From assembly GCA_003142595.1 (NCBI GenBank), contig PLMU01000010.1, forward strand, positions 98,412 to 162,411: DNA of 64,000 nucleotides, written 5' to 3'. Origin of the DNA: Phycisphaerales bacterium. Its GTDB lineage: Bacteria > Planctomycetota > Phycisphaerae > Sedimentisphaerales > UBA12454. Positions 1 through 10,412 of the stretch are shown here, piece after piece. Below the pieces are notes generated by a model. It made no database searches. It was given only the letters and a program-made list of their open reading frames with translations, and was not told the origin of the DNA. The position numbers and the translations under genes are program-made. Within the stretch, counting starts at the first letter, position 1; each line of letters opens with the position of its first letter.

Positions 1-1434
1 AATTCTCGCTTCCGATTTCGAATCTGCGTTTCCGATAGCATACAAATATATAATCGCTATGAGCATAATCACATTAGTAACGACTCCAAGCACCGGAATA
101 ATTCCGTGTTTGAAGAGATTGTAATCGGCACGTTTCCTGAATGCTATGATGGTCCACACGCAGGTCAGGCCGTAGAGCACAAATGTTCCGAAGTTCGATG
201 CCAGCGTAATGCCGGTAAGACCTACGACTGATTGCACGCCTATTGCGCCGATTATAGAGGTAACAATTACCAGCGTCCATAATGCAGTATGAGGTGTGCT
301 GTGTTTGCTTATGAAGCTGAGATATTTCGGCAGTTCGAGGTCTTCAGCCATACCGCAGGTTACTCGCACGGCAGTGTTCATACAGCTTAATGTTGTACCT
401 ATTATGGCGATTGCAACAGTGATCGCCATAGAAATCATCAGTGCGAAGCCCAGACCCGGTATGAGGCTGTTGCCGATAATTTTTACCAGGTCTCCGATAG
501 GAGCGCCCGATGCGGCGGCTGCAGCAATACCGGTTACAGCTTGAGTACCTGCTGTTCCAGTCAGTTTTTCGTTAATCATATATCCTGCGCCGAAGTATTC
601 GAGCAGGTATGCGAACAATCCTTGAATCACCAGCGATAAAATGATGGCTTTGGGAATTGTTGTTTTTGGTTCTTTTGTTTCAGCGGCAAGGGCAGTGCAG
701 CTTTCAAAACCGACCAGAATCAAAATCGCCAGGGTCGATTGAATCAGAACGCCGTTGAGCGAATGCGGCCGGATAACGTCCCAACCGCTGCTGAACGCCC
801 AGGTTGTCGCAACTTGAGGATTATAGATACGATACCAGACGGCCAGTACTGTGAAAACAACAAGCGTTACAAGTTGTATCACGTTAATCCAGATTGAAGT
901 TTTTGTTGAGCCGGTTACGCCGCGGTAAGCTATGAATCCCGTGATGAATGCGAACACAGTGCTGATTCCTACCAATGCCTCGGTCGATAACGTATTTCCG
1001 CCGAATGCCGAGTAAAGATAGCTAATAAGGTTTGCCATCATAGCCACCATGACTCCGGGATATACCCAGTAGAAAAGGTGTGCGGCCCATCCGGTAACTA
1101 TTTTTGCCATACGCGCTAAAGATGTTGGCGTTCCTCTTTTCAGACCATTGCTGTCAAGAAACGCTTTTTCGGCAAAGTAGGTAACGCTTGCAAAGCCCGC
1201 TTGCGGATATAATTTCGCCAGCTCCGAGTAGGAGATGGCAGTAAGAAAACATATAGCCAGTGCAACGACGATTCCCGCCCAGATATCGTTCGATACCGAA
1301 GCGCCGCTTGGCGATGTAGCCGCGGCTTGCAGCTGATAGGTAATCCACAAAAACGCTCCCGGAGCAATCAACGCCATAGCGTTTGCAGTTGCGCCGAACA
1401 GACCCATTGTTGCTTTTATTTTCGGTTCCATCAT
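1..1434 (-). CDS. APC-superfamily amino acid/polyamine permease (3' end runs off the window)
   Basis: My own translation of the minus strand from ATG at 1434 gives MMEPKIKATMGLFGATANAMALIAPGAFLWITYQ... It stays open to position 1 (478 codons), is multi-TM and glycine-rich, and has the typical APC layout. It is absent from the ORF track because no stop lies inside the window. Confidence 0.75.
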   Translation of the reverse strand, partial: MMEPKIKATMGLFGATANAMALIAPGAFLWITYQLQAAATSPSGASVSNDIWAGIVVALAICFLTAISYSELAKLYPQAGFASVTYFAEKAFLDSNGLKRGTPTSLARMAKIVTGWAAHLFYWVYPGVMVAMMANLISYLYSAFGGNTLSTEALVGISTVFAFITGFIAYRGVTGSTKTSIWINVIQLVTLVVFTVLAVWYRIYNPQVATTWAFSSGWDVIRPHSLNGVLIQSTLAILILVGFESCTALAAETKEPKTTIPKAIILSLVIQGLFAYLLEYFGAGYMINEKLTGTAGTQAVTGIAAAAASGAPIGDLVKIIGNSLIPGLGFALMISMAITVAIAIIGTTLSCMNTAVRVTCGMAEDLELPKYLSFISKHSTPHTALWTLVIVTSIIGAIGVQSVVGLTGITLASNFGTFVLYGLTCVWTIIAFRKRADYNLFKHGIIPVLGVVTNVIMLIAIIYLYAIGNADSKSEARI

Positions 1435-1519
1435 TTTGTTTTCAGTTGACACGGAGTATCTCCTTAATATTAAATTTTTTTGTTTAAAATTGTTTTTACC
1501 TGTTACTTTTTAAAAAATC

Positions 1520-2332
1520 TTAGAATGTTTTCGTTATATTTATACCCGTAAATAGATAGTCGCTTGACCTGGCATAAAGATCTGAACTTCTTATCGCGCC
1601 GTCAACCAGCGTTACGTAGTTAATGTTTGGTCTTACTGTCCATCCGCCAGGGAAACATATAGGCAGGCCAAGGGTGAATGCCAAATCATTCAGATGGGAC
1701 CCATTTACATTCCAATAATCCCTATTATATGTCCCATTAGCCCAGCCGAGAGATGCGCCCCATTGCAAGTTGCAATAACATTTATCGGTAAAAGTCATAA
1801 CTTTTTCATACGTATGTCCGATGCTGGCATTTACATAAGTTCCATTTTCATTACCGAGGCCGTGATATACTTTAATAGCCGGGCTAAACGGAACATCGAA
1901 GTTGAATCCCCAGTAAATCTCGGTCGTATCAGAATTATTTGCCAAAGAGCCTGGAAAGTGATAATGTATCGTTCCAATAGAATAGCCGACTTTACTCTCT
2001 TCACTGAATTTGTTGCTGTAATCGAGTGTCAGATCATATTCAGTAACTTTGCCGCTTCGGTCGCGATAATCTGTCATATCTGCATTCATCCATACATTGG
2101 CAGTCCATTTTCCGTATGTTGCGGTAACGCTCGGCTGAAAAGCAGCGCCATTAGTAATCACTTGTCCTCGCCAGACATACTTGGTGAAAAAATCGCTGCT
2201 GATGGCAAATCCAAGCTTGTCCGCGGCTTGGGCCGGGGCGGCTGAATTGGCGTCATAGGCCAAGACGGTTGAGCAAGTTATCAAAGAGCACATCACAACA
2301 GCAGTCCATTTTTTCATCATATTTCCTTTCAT
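1520..2332 (-). CDS. Secreted outer-membrane beta-barrel protein, TIGR02001 (Gcw_chp)-like porin
   Basis: Has a signal peptide (MKKWTAVVMCSLITCSTVLA). The SDFFTKYVWRGQVITNGAAFQPS...GKWTANVWMN block matches my recollection of the SDYvFRG...Q...G.W.sN signature of that family. Alternating beta-strand pattern with a C-terminal F. Confidence 0.55.
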   Translation of the reverse strand: MKGNMMKKWTAVVMCSLITCSTVLAYDANSAAPAQAADKLGFAISSDFFTKYVWRGQVITNGAAFQPSVTATYGKWTANVWMNADMTDYRDRSGKVTEYDLTLDYSNKFSEESKVGYSIGTIHYHFPGSLANNSDTTEIYWGFNFDVPFSPAIKVYHGLGNENGTYVNASIGHTYEKVMTFTDKCYCNLQWGASLGWANGTYNRDYWNVNGSHLNDLAFTLGLPICFPGGWTVRPNINYVTLVDGAIRSSDLYARSSDYLFTGINITKTF

Positions 2333-2383
2333 AAATATTTCTGGTTTTAATCAAAATACAAAAACCGTATATCTTAATATTAA

Positions 2384-2398
2384 GCAATTGCTGTGCCA
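2384..2398 (-). promoter_or_regulatory. Sigma-54 (-24/-12) promoter TGGCAC-N5-TTGC
   Basis: The reverse complement of 2384-2398 reads TGGCACAGCAATTGC, a perfect match to the TGGCAC-N5-TTGC core. It lies ~50 nt upstream of the porin ATG (2332) and directly downstream of a sigma-54 activator gene. Confidence 0.7.
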
Positions 2399-2537
2399 GA
2401 GTTTAAATAAAATTATATAATTATTTAAGTCCTTGTTTTGTATGGACTTGAGACGATATTGCGAAAATATATTTGTATTTGATATGTATACAAAAACGTA
2501 TAAGTGTTATTTTTGTAGTACATTATTGTATTTATGG

Positions 2538-4067
2538 CTATGAAAGCATTTTTGGGAAGATGCCGTATTTTTTGATTTTGTATCCGAGAATTCGCTCTGT
2601 CAAACCCAATTCTTTTGCCGCGTTTCTTTGCTGGCCGCTGAATTTTTTGAGAGAGTCGATAATAAGTTCTTTTTCCTTGTTTTCGATAATTTCCGTAAGC
2701 GACCGTCCCTGCGAGGTATCGCCTTTTTTAATCATTTGCAGCGATGGCGGCAAATGCTCAGAGCGTATGACATCTTCGTTGCATAGTAATACCGCCCGTT
2801 CGACGCAGTTTTCAAGTTCCCTAATATTGCCCGGCCAGTGGTAGCTTGTGAGCATTTCAATGGCGGGCGTTGATATCCTTGTAATTCGTTTGTTGTTTTC
2901 TTTTGAGAGCTTCTCGAGAAAGTAATCCGCCAGGAGCATTATATCGTCTTTGCGTTCCCGCAGCGGCGGAAGAAAAATCGGAAAAACGTTAATCCTGTAA
3001 TAAAGGTCTTCCCTGAAAAGCCTTTCCTTGATTTGTTCTTCGAGATTCTTATTGGTTGCGACGATAATTCTGACATTTGCTTTAATGGTTTCAGTGCCGC
3101 CGACGCGTTCAAATTCCCTGAATTGTATAATTCGAAGCAATTTGACCTGAAGATTTATCGAGAAGTCGCCAATTTCGTCGAGGAAAATCGTTCCGCCGTT
3201 AGCTCTTTCGAATCTGCCTATTTTTCTTTCCGTTGCGCCGGTAAAAGAACCTTTTTCGTGTCCGAACAGTTCGCTTTCCAGCAGCGTTTCCGGCAGGGCG
3301 GTGCAGTTTACCTTCACGAAAGGCTTTGTCGCTCTGCTGCTGTTATAATGTATAGCGTGGGCTACGAGATCTTTACCGGTCCCGCTTTCGCCTCGAATCA
3401 AAACGGTTGCGGTGCTGTCGGCCACCTGCTCGATAAGCCGGTAAACCTGTTTCATCGCGTTGCTTGTGCCGACCATATTATCGATATTGAAATGGCTTTT
3501 TAATTCCTGTCTGAGCCGCAGGTTTTCTTCTGAAAGCTGTCTGCGGTCGGATTCAACAAGCTTATTCAGTTTTACGGCCTGGGCGACCATAGTCGCTATG
3601 ATATTTAAGAGGTTCAGATTTGCATCGACATCATCGTTTTTCTGAACGTGCTTATCTACGCTCAACGCCCCGATAGTTTTGCCTTCAAGTTTAATCGGCA
3701 CACAGTAGAATGCGACCTGTTTGCCCTGTATTTCTTTTCTTGAGCGGGTCTTGTGCAGAAATCGGCTGTCTTTTGAGATGTCAGGAACAACGATTTCTTT
3801 GCCTGTCTGAACGACTGTGCCTGTGATACCTTCGCCAATTTTGTAACTGCCTAATTGTTTTGATTCCTCGCTCAGGCCGTGCGCCACTTTTATTTTTATC
3901 GTTTCGGTTTCCGCTTCCAGAAGGGTGATAGTGCCTCGCTGCAGTTTCAAATGCGTATCGAGCGATTTTAAAATTGCTTTAAATGTCTGTTCGAGGTCCA
4001 GCGACTCAGCGAAGACTTTTGCCATATCGCCCAATAACTGAACTTCTTTGGATAGGGTTATAGTCAT
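2538..4067 (-). CDS. Sigma-54-dependent transcriptional activator, GAF sensor + AAA+ + Fis-type HTH (NifA-like architecture)
   Basis: N-terminal GAF-like region, Walker [31 protein letters not shown] (GAFTGA-type loop), RVGG, and a C-terminal HTH ([24 protein letters not shown]). Confidence 0.9.
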   Translation of the reverse strand: MTITLSKEVQLLGDMAKVFAESLDLEQTFKAILKSLDTHLKLQRGTITLLEAETETIKIKVAHGLSEESKQLGSYKIGEGITGTVVQTGKEIVVPDISKDSRFLHKTRSRKEIQGKQVAFYCVPIKLEGKTIGALSVDKHVQKNDDVDANLNLLNIIATMVAQAVKLNKLVESDRRQLSEENLRLRQELKSHFNIDNMVGTSNAMKQVYRLIEQVADSTATVLIRGESGTGKDLVAHAIHYNSSRATKPFVKVNCTALPETLLESELFGHEKGSFTGATERKIGRFERANGGTIFLDEIGDFSINLQVKLLRIIQFREFERVGGTETIKANVRIIVATNKNLEEQIKERLFREDLYYRINVFPIFLPPLRERKDDIMLLADYFLEKLSKENNKRITRISTPAIEMLTSYHWPGNIRELENCVERAVLLCNEDVIRSEHLPPSLQMIKKGDTSQGRSLTEIIENKEKELIIDSLKKFSGQQRNAAKELGLTERILGYKIKKYGIFPKMLS

Positions 4068-4222
4068 ATTTCTTTATCCTATATAGTATACAAAATTGTA
4101 GGCAAATTACAATAAATTACAATATTGTTTTTATAGGCGATATGCAAGGAGTTTTTTTGAGAATTGCTAAAAGATTCTAATTGCCTGTTAAAACAGGAGT
4201 TATAATCTGAATTTATAAAACA

Positions 4223-5674
4223 TCAGATGCCTCTTAATAAGATGTTGCGGGTCTTGTGCAAATCTTCCTGTTTAGCCAAAACCAACAGGGTGTCGTGGGC
4301 CTGGAGTTTAGTATTACCTTTGGGGACAATGAACCTTTTTTCCCTGCGGATTAATAATATAAGCGTTTCGCGCGGCAATCCTATTTCAGAAATATCCTTG
4401 CCGACTATCGAAGACTCAGGCGGAATGTCGTATTCGCGTGATTGCGTATCAATATCCTCAGTTTTATCAAACTCCAGCGGATAGCGAGGTCTGTGCTTTA
4501 TGGGATAATAAACTTTTAACCATCGCGCCAGCGGCAGAAGCAATTTGCCCTGCAGCAATACGGATGTAAGAACGATGAAAAATACTATGTTGAAAATTTT
4601 ATTCGAACCCGGATAGCCGACCATTAAAGGGAATGTCGCCAATATAATCGGCACGGCGCCTCTCAATCCAGCCCAGGATGCCAGAATTTTTTCATTGAAA
4701 GTAAAACTGCTTCTAAACAGGCAAATAAAAACTGCAATCGGCCGGGCAATCAGCATAAGAAAAACTGAAATCATAAGTCCCGGCCCAATGATGCCTACCA
4801 GTTGCGAAGGAATAACAAGAAGGCCAAGAACAATGAACATTGCAATCTGTGCCAGCCAGGCAAGGCCGTTATGGAAACGTGTTAAACTGCGTTTATATGG
4901 GAAATCGCTATTGCCCAGCACTATGCCGAAAATATAAACCGCCAGAAATCCGTTTCCTCTTAAAATTTCGGTAAGACTGTAAACCAGCATTACTATCGTT
5001 ATACTTAAAACCGGATACAGGCCTTCATAATCGAGATGTATCCTGTTAAAAACTAAAGAGGAAATTTTTCCTATGCCCAGCCCCAATGCCGCGCCGCAGG
5101 ACATACTAATGACAAAGCTTAAAACCATTTGGCTGGCTTTTAAATCGGCACCCATAAACTGAATAAGAGTTACCGTTAAAAAGACAGCCATAGGGTCATT
5201 ACTTCCGCTTTCGAACTCAAGCAATTGCTTGAGATTTCCTTTAAGGCCGATATTTCGTGAGCGAAGCACAGTAAAAACCGCAGCAGCGTCGGTTGACGAA
5301 ACGATAGCTCCCAACAGCATACCTTCTTTAAGCGAAAAATGTAAAATTATACGGGCGAATAATCCTACGGCAATCGCGGTGATAAATACGCCGACAGACG
5401 ACAGCAGGATTCCCCTTGCCAGCACAGGACGCACGCTTACCCAGTCAGTTTCCATCGCGCCTGAGAAAAGAATGTAAACAAGAGCGATTGTGCCGAACAG
5501 TTTCGCAAGACCCGCGTTGTTAAAGTAGAGTCCTCCCGGCCCATCGGAGCCTGCCAGCATTCCAATCCCCAAAAACAGAATCAGCGCAGGAATACCGAAT
5601 TTTTCGGATAACTTACTCGAGAAAATACCCATCAGCAGTAACGTTGCGGCAATCAGAAGGTAATATGTTGCCAT
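4223..5674 (-). CDS. K+/H+ (cation/proton) antiporter, NhaP2/CvrA type with C-terminal TrkA-C domain
   Basis: ~12 TM segments. The N-terminus LSEKFGIPALILFLGIGMLAGSDGPGG and the ESGSNDPMAV motif fit the type. The C-terminal soluble domain (IVGKDISEIGLPRETLILLIRR...L.AHDTLLVL) is typical of TrkA-C. Confidence 0.85.
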   Translation of the reverse strand: MATYYLLIAATLLLMGIFSSKLSEKFGIPALILFLGIGMLAGSDGPGGLYFNNAGLAKLFGTIALVYILFSGAMETDWVSVRPVLARGILLSSVGVFITAIAVGLFARIILHFSLKEGMLLGAIVSSTDAAAVFTVLRSRNIGLKGNLKQLLEFESGSNDPMAVFLTVTLIQFMGADLKASQMVLSFVISMSCGAALGLGIGKISSLVFNRIHLDYEGLYPVLSITIVMLVYSLTEILRGNGFLAVYIFGIVLGNSDFPYKRSLTRFHNGLAWLAQIAMFIVLGLLVIPSQLVGIIGPGLMISVFLMLIARPIAVFICLFRSSFTFNEKILASWAGLRGAVPIILATFPLMVGYPGSNKIFNIVFFIVLTSVLLQGKLLLPLARWLKVYYPIKHRPRYPLEFDKTEDIDTQSREYDIPPESSIVGKDISEIGLPRETLILLIRREKRFIVPKGNTKLQAHDTLLVLAKQEDLHKTRNILLRGI

Positions 5675-5843
5675 CTTTGCAGAATCCTTTCTATGCGATT
5701 TCCCTATAATTTTAAGATTATCCTAAAGAGCCGTCAATAGAAACTATTGTTTGCTTTGATATATTCAGCAGGCACAAACAGAGTATTGGTAAAATCTACT
5801 TGCTAATCGCCTTTTTCTTACATATCCTTATATAGACAAAAAT

Positions 5844-6671
5844 ATGAAAATAACTATATCGACATTATGTGACGCCAAAAAGCAGGGACGGAAATTTTCC
5901 GCTGTTAGCTGTTATGATTATACAAGTGCGAAGCTTGTTGCCGCTGCCGGTGTGGAGGTTCTGTTTATAGGCGACTCTGCTGCACAGTTGATGCTCGGCT
6001 TCGACTCAACTTTGCCGGCAACGATGGACTTTATGGTTGCAATAACCGCGGCAGTTAAAAAGGCTGCTCCTGATAGGCTTATTGTCGCAGATTTACCTTA
6101 TGAATCCTTTCAGGCCGGCACAGAGCGGATAATAAAAGATTCGCAAAGATTTGTTAAAGAAGGCAATGCTGACATTGTAAAGATTGAGGCAAATGACATA
6201 CAGATTGAGACAATAAAAGCGATTGTAAATACAGGAATTGCTATAATGCCTCATTTGGGTATAAGGCCGCAGACACTTCAATACAAGGCAAGAGGTACGA
6301 CTGCTGATGATGCTGCGGAACTTATAAAATTTGCCGAGCGAATGTGCGAAGCTGGTGCGTCTATGCTTTTGCTGGAAGGCACCGCAAGAGAAGCGGCTAA
6401 AATTATTACAGAAAAATTACCAATACCGATTATTAGCTGCGGGTCAGGGCCGGACTGCGACGGGCAGGTGCTGGTTCTGCCGGATATATTAAACCTTAGC
6501 GATAGTCATAAGCCGAAATTTTCGAAAAGTTTCGCGGATATCGGCAAAGCGAGTATCGACGCGATATCATTATACGACAGGCAGATTAAGCAGGGAGTTT
6601 TCCCTGACGATTCGCACAGTTATCATATGAAGAACGGCGAATACGAAAAACTTAAAAATTTGATTAGATGA
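5844..6671 (+). CDS. panB: 3-methyl-2-oxobutanoate hydroxymethyltransferase
   Basis: CYDYTSAKLVAAAGVEVLFIGDSAAQLMLGFDSTLP..., KIE, and MPHLGIRPQ motifs are typical of PanB; length 275 aa. Confidence 0.9.
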   Translation: MKITISTLCDAKKQGRKFSAVSCYDYTSAKLVAAAGVEVLFIGDSAAQLMLGFDSTLPATMDFMVAITAAVKKAAPDRLIVADLPYESFQAGTERIIKDSQRFVKEGNADIVKIEANDIQIETIKAIVNTGIAIMPHLGIRPQTLQYKARGTTADDAAELIKFAERMCEAGASMLLLEGTAREAAKIITEKLPIPIISCGSGPDCDGQVLVLPDILNLSDSHKPKFSKSFADIGKASIDAISLYDRQIKQGVFPDDSHSYHMKNGEYEKLKNLIR

Positions 6672-6674
6672 ACT

Positions 6675-7775
6675 ATGCTGCAAAATGAAATGATAATGGA
6701 AAATATGGGGCAAACGGGAATTATCCGGCCGCTGATTATGACAGATGCCGAGACAGTTCAGGATTTCTGTTCGTCTTTGCGTCATTTGATGTTCGGTTTT
6801 GAAGCACAAGGCATAACTTCGGCAATGGTAGTCCCGCCGGCCAGCGGCATAGAATCATTTCTTTTTCCAGGCGCCGGCATAGTAGAGCATCCGGCCCTGC
6901 GATTTCCATTGTTTTATTTTCAGAACCGCAAACTGCTGATTTCGCGCATTGAAGAAATCAAGCCCACTCTGATTCATTGTTACGGCACGGCAAAAGCGCT
7001 GTCGGCAGGGCGGCTTGCGGAATATTTCGGAATCCCGGCGATTGTTACCATAAATTCCGGCCGAATCAGCACTGTTTCTAAAATGATTATCAATAAATAT
7101 TTTCAGCGGATTATCGTTCCTTCCGGCCGTATCGGCGAGATGCTGAAGCAAAAGGGCCTTGAGCCTGAAAAAATTTCGAAGGTAAATGTCGGCACCTTTA
7201 CAGATGAGAGCTGCGCCTGTTTCGCATGGCCGGACAGGATGACGAGCATAATAGTTCCCGGCTATTTCGATAACTTTTCTAATTACGAGCCGCTGCTGGG
7301 CGCTATCAGGCATTTGTCGGTTGACGGTTATGAATTTGTAGTTGTTTTTATGGGCTCCGGCCCCGCGGAAAAACAGATTCGCGAATTCATAAAGGCCACG
7401 GGTCTTGTTCAAACCGTAACTATCGCGCCGCAGATAAGGCCGCTGCGTGCTGTTTTCCGCGGCTGCGATATGCTGATTCATCCTCATTGCTTTGACAAAT
7501 TCGATTCAGCGGTTGTCGAAGCGGCAGGGGCGGGCCTTGTGATTGTCGCGGGCAAAGAAAATGTCGAGGAATTTCTGCAGGATGAGTCCACCGCTGTTTT
7601 GTTCGACAGCAGCGATGAGTTGAGCATTTATTCTTCGCTTCAAAAAATTCTCGATGATAAAGAATCGGCAAAATCAATCGCGTTGAATGCGCAAAATATC
7701 CTTCGCAGCGATTATTCCGTAAGCACAATGGTCGGCGATTTGCTGAAAATCTATTCAGAAACAGCCAAACTATAA
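6675..7775 (+). CDS. Glycosyltransferase (GT-B, family 1/4-like)
   Basis: C-terminal half has the GT1-like pattern (MLIHPHCFDKFDSAVVEAAGAGLVIVA...). The N-terminal boundary is uncertain. Confidence 0.6.
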   Translation: MLQNEMIMENMGQTGIIRPLIMTDAETVQDFCSSLRHLMFGFEAQGITSAMVVPPASGIESFLFPGAGIVEHPALRFPLFYFQNRKLLISRIEEIKPTLIHCYGTAKALSAGRLAEYFGIPAIVTINSGRISTVSKMIINKYFQRIIVPSGRIGEMLKQKGLEPEKISKVNVGTFTDESCACFAWPDRMTSIIVPGYFDNFSNYEPLLGAIRHLSVDGYEFVVVFMGSGPAEKQIREFIKATGLVQTVTIAPQIRPLRAVFRGCDMLIHPHCFDKFDSAVVEAAGAGLVIVAGKENVEEFLQDESTAVLFDSSDELSIYSSLQKILDDKESAKSIALNAQNILRSDYSVSTMVGDLLKIYSETAKL

Positions 7776-7916
7776 GAGAATAACCGATATAAATGTAGGA
7801 GAAATGCCTAATATAGGCGAGTAACGATATTTTAGGGTTGTTTTAGCATTCAGGCCAAGATATAATTAAGCTAAAGGTAATTTAAAAACCAGATAGGGGT
7901 TCAGGAAGAAAAGAAA

Positions 7917-10409
7917 GTGACACGCGAAAGTTCACATATTATCCTATCAGCAATTATTCTGATAGTTCTTGCTGCCGGAGTTGTCGCAGCGGTATCTCAA
8001 AGCGGTTGCGACTGCAACACAGCAAAGACTGTTTCCCCAGAGAATAAGCTTGTTAAGCCTCTTGAGATTATGAAAGGCTTTGAAGAGGGAAATGAAAAAG
8101 TCAAGGTCATCGTCAATCTGGTCAAACCCGAGCAGTTACTGGAAACCGTCAACTGGCGGTCGAAAAGTTCATTGGAAAATCTTCGCAGCGAAATAAAATC
8201 CAGGCAGGAGCGGACATTAGCGACTCTGGCGCCGAGCGAATATAAGCTGCGACACAAATTTGAAAATCAGGCGGGGTTTTCCGCGGAGGTTACGCTGGAT
8301 TGCCTGAGCAAATTAATGGACGACGCCAACGTCGTATCGATTGAGCCGGTTTACCAATTGCAGAAACATCTGGCGCAGGGCATACCTCTGATAAACGGTA
8401 TGGTATACCGTTCGACTTATAATGGGCAGGGCGTTTCAATCGCTATCTGCGATACCGGCGTTGATTATACTCATCCGATGCTCGGCGGCGGGGGCTTTCC
8501 AAACAGCAAGGTCATCGGCGGCTACGATTTCGGTGACAAAGATTCAGACCCGATGCCGACAGAAGCCCACGGCACCTGCTGCGCCGGTATTGCCGCAGGA
8601 AATCTCGGCACTGTAGGCGATTATATCGGCGGTGTTGCTTACGGCGCAAAAATTTATGCTCTGAAAGTCGAAAACAGCGCCGGCTATATTTACGATGATT
8701 CTATAATTGCCGCGTGGAACTGGTGCATTACCCACAAAAACGATAATTCAGCGTATCCGATTCTTGTCATCAGCAATAGTCTGGGAGCCAGCAGGTACTA
8801 CAGCGCCTGCGACAGTTCAGAAACTGCATTCGCAACCGCCGCAAACAACACTGTTGCAGCGGGAATTACGATTTTGGCATCATCGGGAAACGATGGATAC
8901 TGCGATTCGATAGCCACACCGGCCTGTCTGAGCAATATCATTTCAGTTGGAGCCGTTTATGACGCGGCTTTCGGAACATTTTATCCCTGTGTCGATGCGG
9001 CTTCGTGTGCAGCCAAACAATCGACGACTGGCTGCACCACCGGTTATTATGCCACCGACATATCAGCAGCGGACAAGGTAACATCTTATTCGAATACTGC
9101 CTCATTTTTGAATATGCTTGCTCCTTCTAATCAGGCTTACACTACCGACATTGTCGGTTCAGCGGGTTATTCAACCGGCGATTATTATTCGGAATTCGGC
9201 GGAACTTCGGCGGCAAGTCCTTACGCCGCTGGAGCCGTTGCCTGTCTGCAATCGGCGGCAAAGGAAATTACTGGAAATTATCTTTCACCCGCTCAGGTTA
9301 AATCTATCCTGATTTCAACAGGCAATAATATAACCGACACAAAGGTTTCAATTACAAAGCCTCGAATCAATCTGGGTAACGCCATTGAAACCCTGGAGCC
9401 GAATTCGAATCCCTGCACGGATGTTACGATAGGAACCGGAACTTCGAGTTGGAACTATCCGATGCATACAAAAAATGATGACAGCAGGACACAGGTCATA
9501 TATCTGGCTTCTGAAATTGGTACTTCCGGCATTATCAATAGCCTTTCACTTAATGTAACAACTATACCTGGCCAGATAATGCATAACTGGACGATTCGAA
9601 TAAAGTACACAACCCTGAGCGCCTATAGCACTTGCTCGCTTGATTCGACCGGCTGGACAACTGTTTATCAGGCCACTGAGCCTCGCGGCAGTACAGGATG
9701 GCGGACTTTTACGTTTTCAACGCCTTTTCTATACAGCGGTACTTCTAATTTGCTTATTGATTTCAGCTATAACAATAGTTCCAAAACATCTAATGGTGCG
9801 TGCGCATATTCGACGCCTGGAAACTACAGAAGCGTTTACGCCTATTCAAACAGTACTAACGGCGACCCGCTTAGCTGGTCAGGAACCACATTTCCATCAA
9901 CGACCTGCAGTACCAATGTGCCTAATATACGCTTAACGGTTTGCCAGCCACAGGAGCCGAACGCTCCGTTTTTACACGCCGAATCTGCTTTTACTTCGGG
10001 ACTGTGCAATACGATTTTCTGGGGCACGGTTACGGATGCCAATCAATATTATGCTCAATGTTCTGCCGACCCGAATTTTTCTGTTATCGACAGCAACAGC
10101 GGCTGGATTACCGATGCGAATTACCAGTTCTGCGGATTGGTTAGCGGCCAGACTTATTATTATAGAGTAAAAGCGAGAAGTCAGTATCTTGTGGAAAGCG
10201 GCTGGTCGAATGTCGTCTCGTCGCGGCAGTGCAATATACCCGGAGATTTTCAGCCGGACTGTGCTGTTGACTTAAACGATTTAATGATAATGGCCAACCA
10301 GTGGCTGCAATCTTCCGGCACACTTTCAGCGGATATCAATCAGGATGGGATAGTAAACTTTATCGATTTTGCCGAATTGGCAAATCACTGGCTACAGGGC
10401 ACTCAATAG
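7917..10409 (+). CDS. Secreted subtilisin-family (S8) serine peptidase with FN3-like region and C-terminal dockerin-like repeat
   Basis: GTG start after AGGAAG. Has an N-terminal TM/signal. Catalytic triad contexts: AICDTGVDYTHP (Asp), HGTCCAGIAAG (His), GGTSAASPYAAGAVA (Ser). C-terminus has DLNDLMIMANQW...DINQDGIVNFIDFAELANHW (dockerin/EF-hand-like). Confidence 0.85.
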   Translation: MTRESSHIILSAIILIVLAAGVVAAVSQSGCDCNTAKTVSPENKLVKPLEIMKGFEEGNEKVKVIVNLVKPEQLLETVNWRSKSSLENLRSEIKSRQERTLATLAPSEYKLRHKFENQAGFSAEVTLDCLSKLMDDANVVSIEPVYQLQKHLAQGIPLINGMVYRSTYNGQGVSIAICDTGVDYTHPMLGGGGFPNSKVIGGYDFGDKDSDPMPTEAHGTCCAGIAAGNLGTVGDYIGGVAYGAKIYALKVENSAGYIYDDSIIAAWNWCITHKNDNSAYPILVISNSLGASRYYSACDSSETAFATAANNTVAAGITILASSGNDGYCDSIATPACLSNIISVGAVYDAAFGTFYPCVDAASCAAKQSTTGCTTGYYATDISAADKVTSYSNTASFLNMLAPSNQAYTTDIVGSAGYSTGDYYSEFGGTSAASPYAAGAVACLQSAAKEITGNYLSPAQVKSILISTGNNITDTKVSITKPRINLGNAIETLEPNSNPCTDVTIGTGTSSWNYPMHTKNDDSRTQVIYLASEIGTSGIINSLSLNVTTIPGQIMHNWTIRIKYTTLSAYSTCSLDSTGWTTVYQATEPRGSTGWRTFTFSTPFLYSGTSNLLIDFSYNNSSKTSNGACAYSTPGNYRSVYAYSNSTNGDPLSWSGTTFPSTTCSTNVPNIRLTVCQPQEPNAPFLHAESAFTSGLCNTIFWGTVTDANQYYAQCSADPNFSVIDSNSGWITDANYQFCGLVSGQTYYYRVKARSQYLVESGWSNVVSSRQCNIPGDFQPDCAVDLNDLMIMANQWLQSSGTLSADINQDGIVNFIDFAELANHWLQGTQ

Positions 10410-10412
10410 TTG

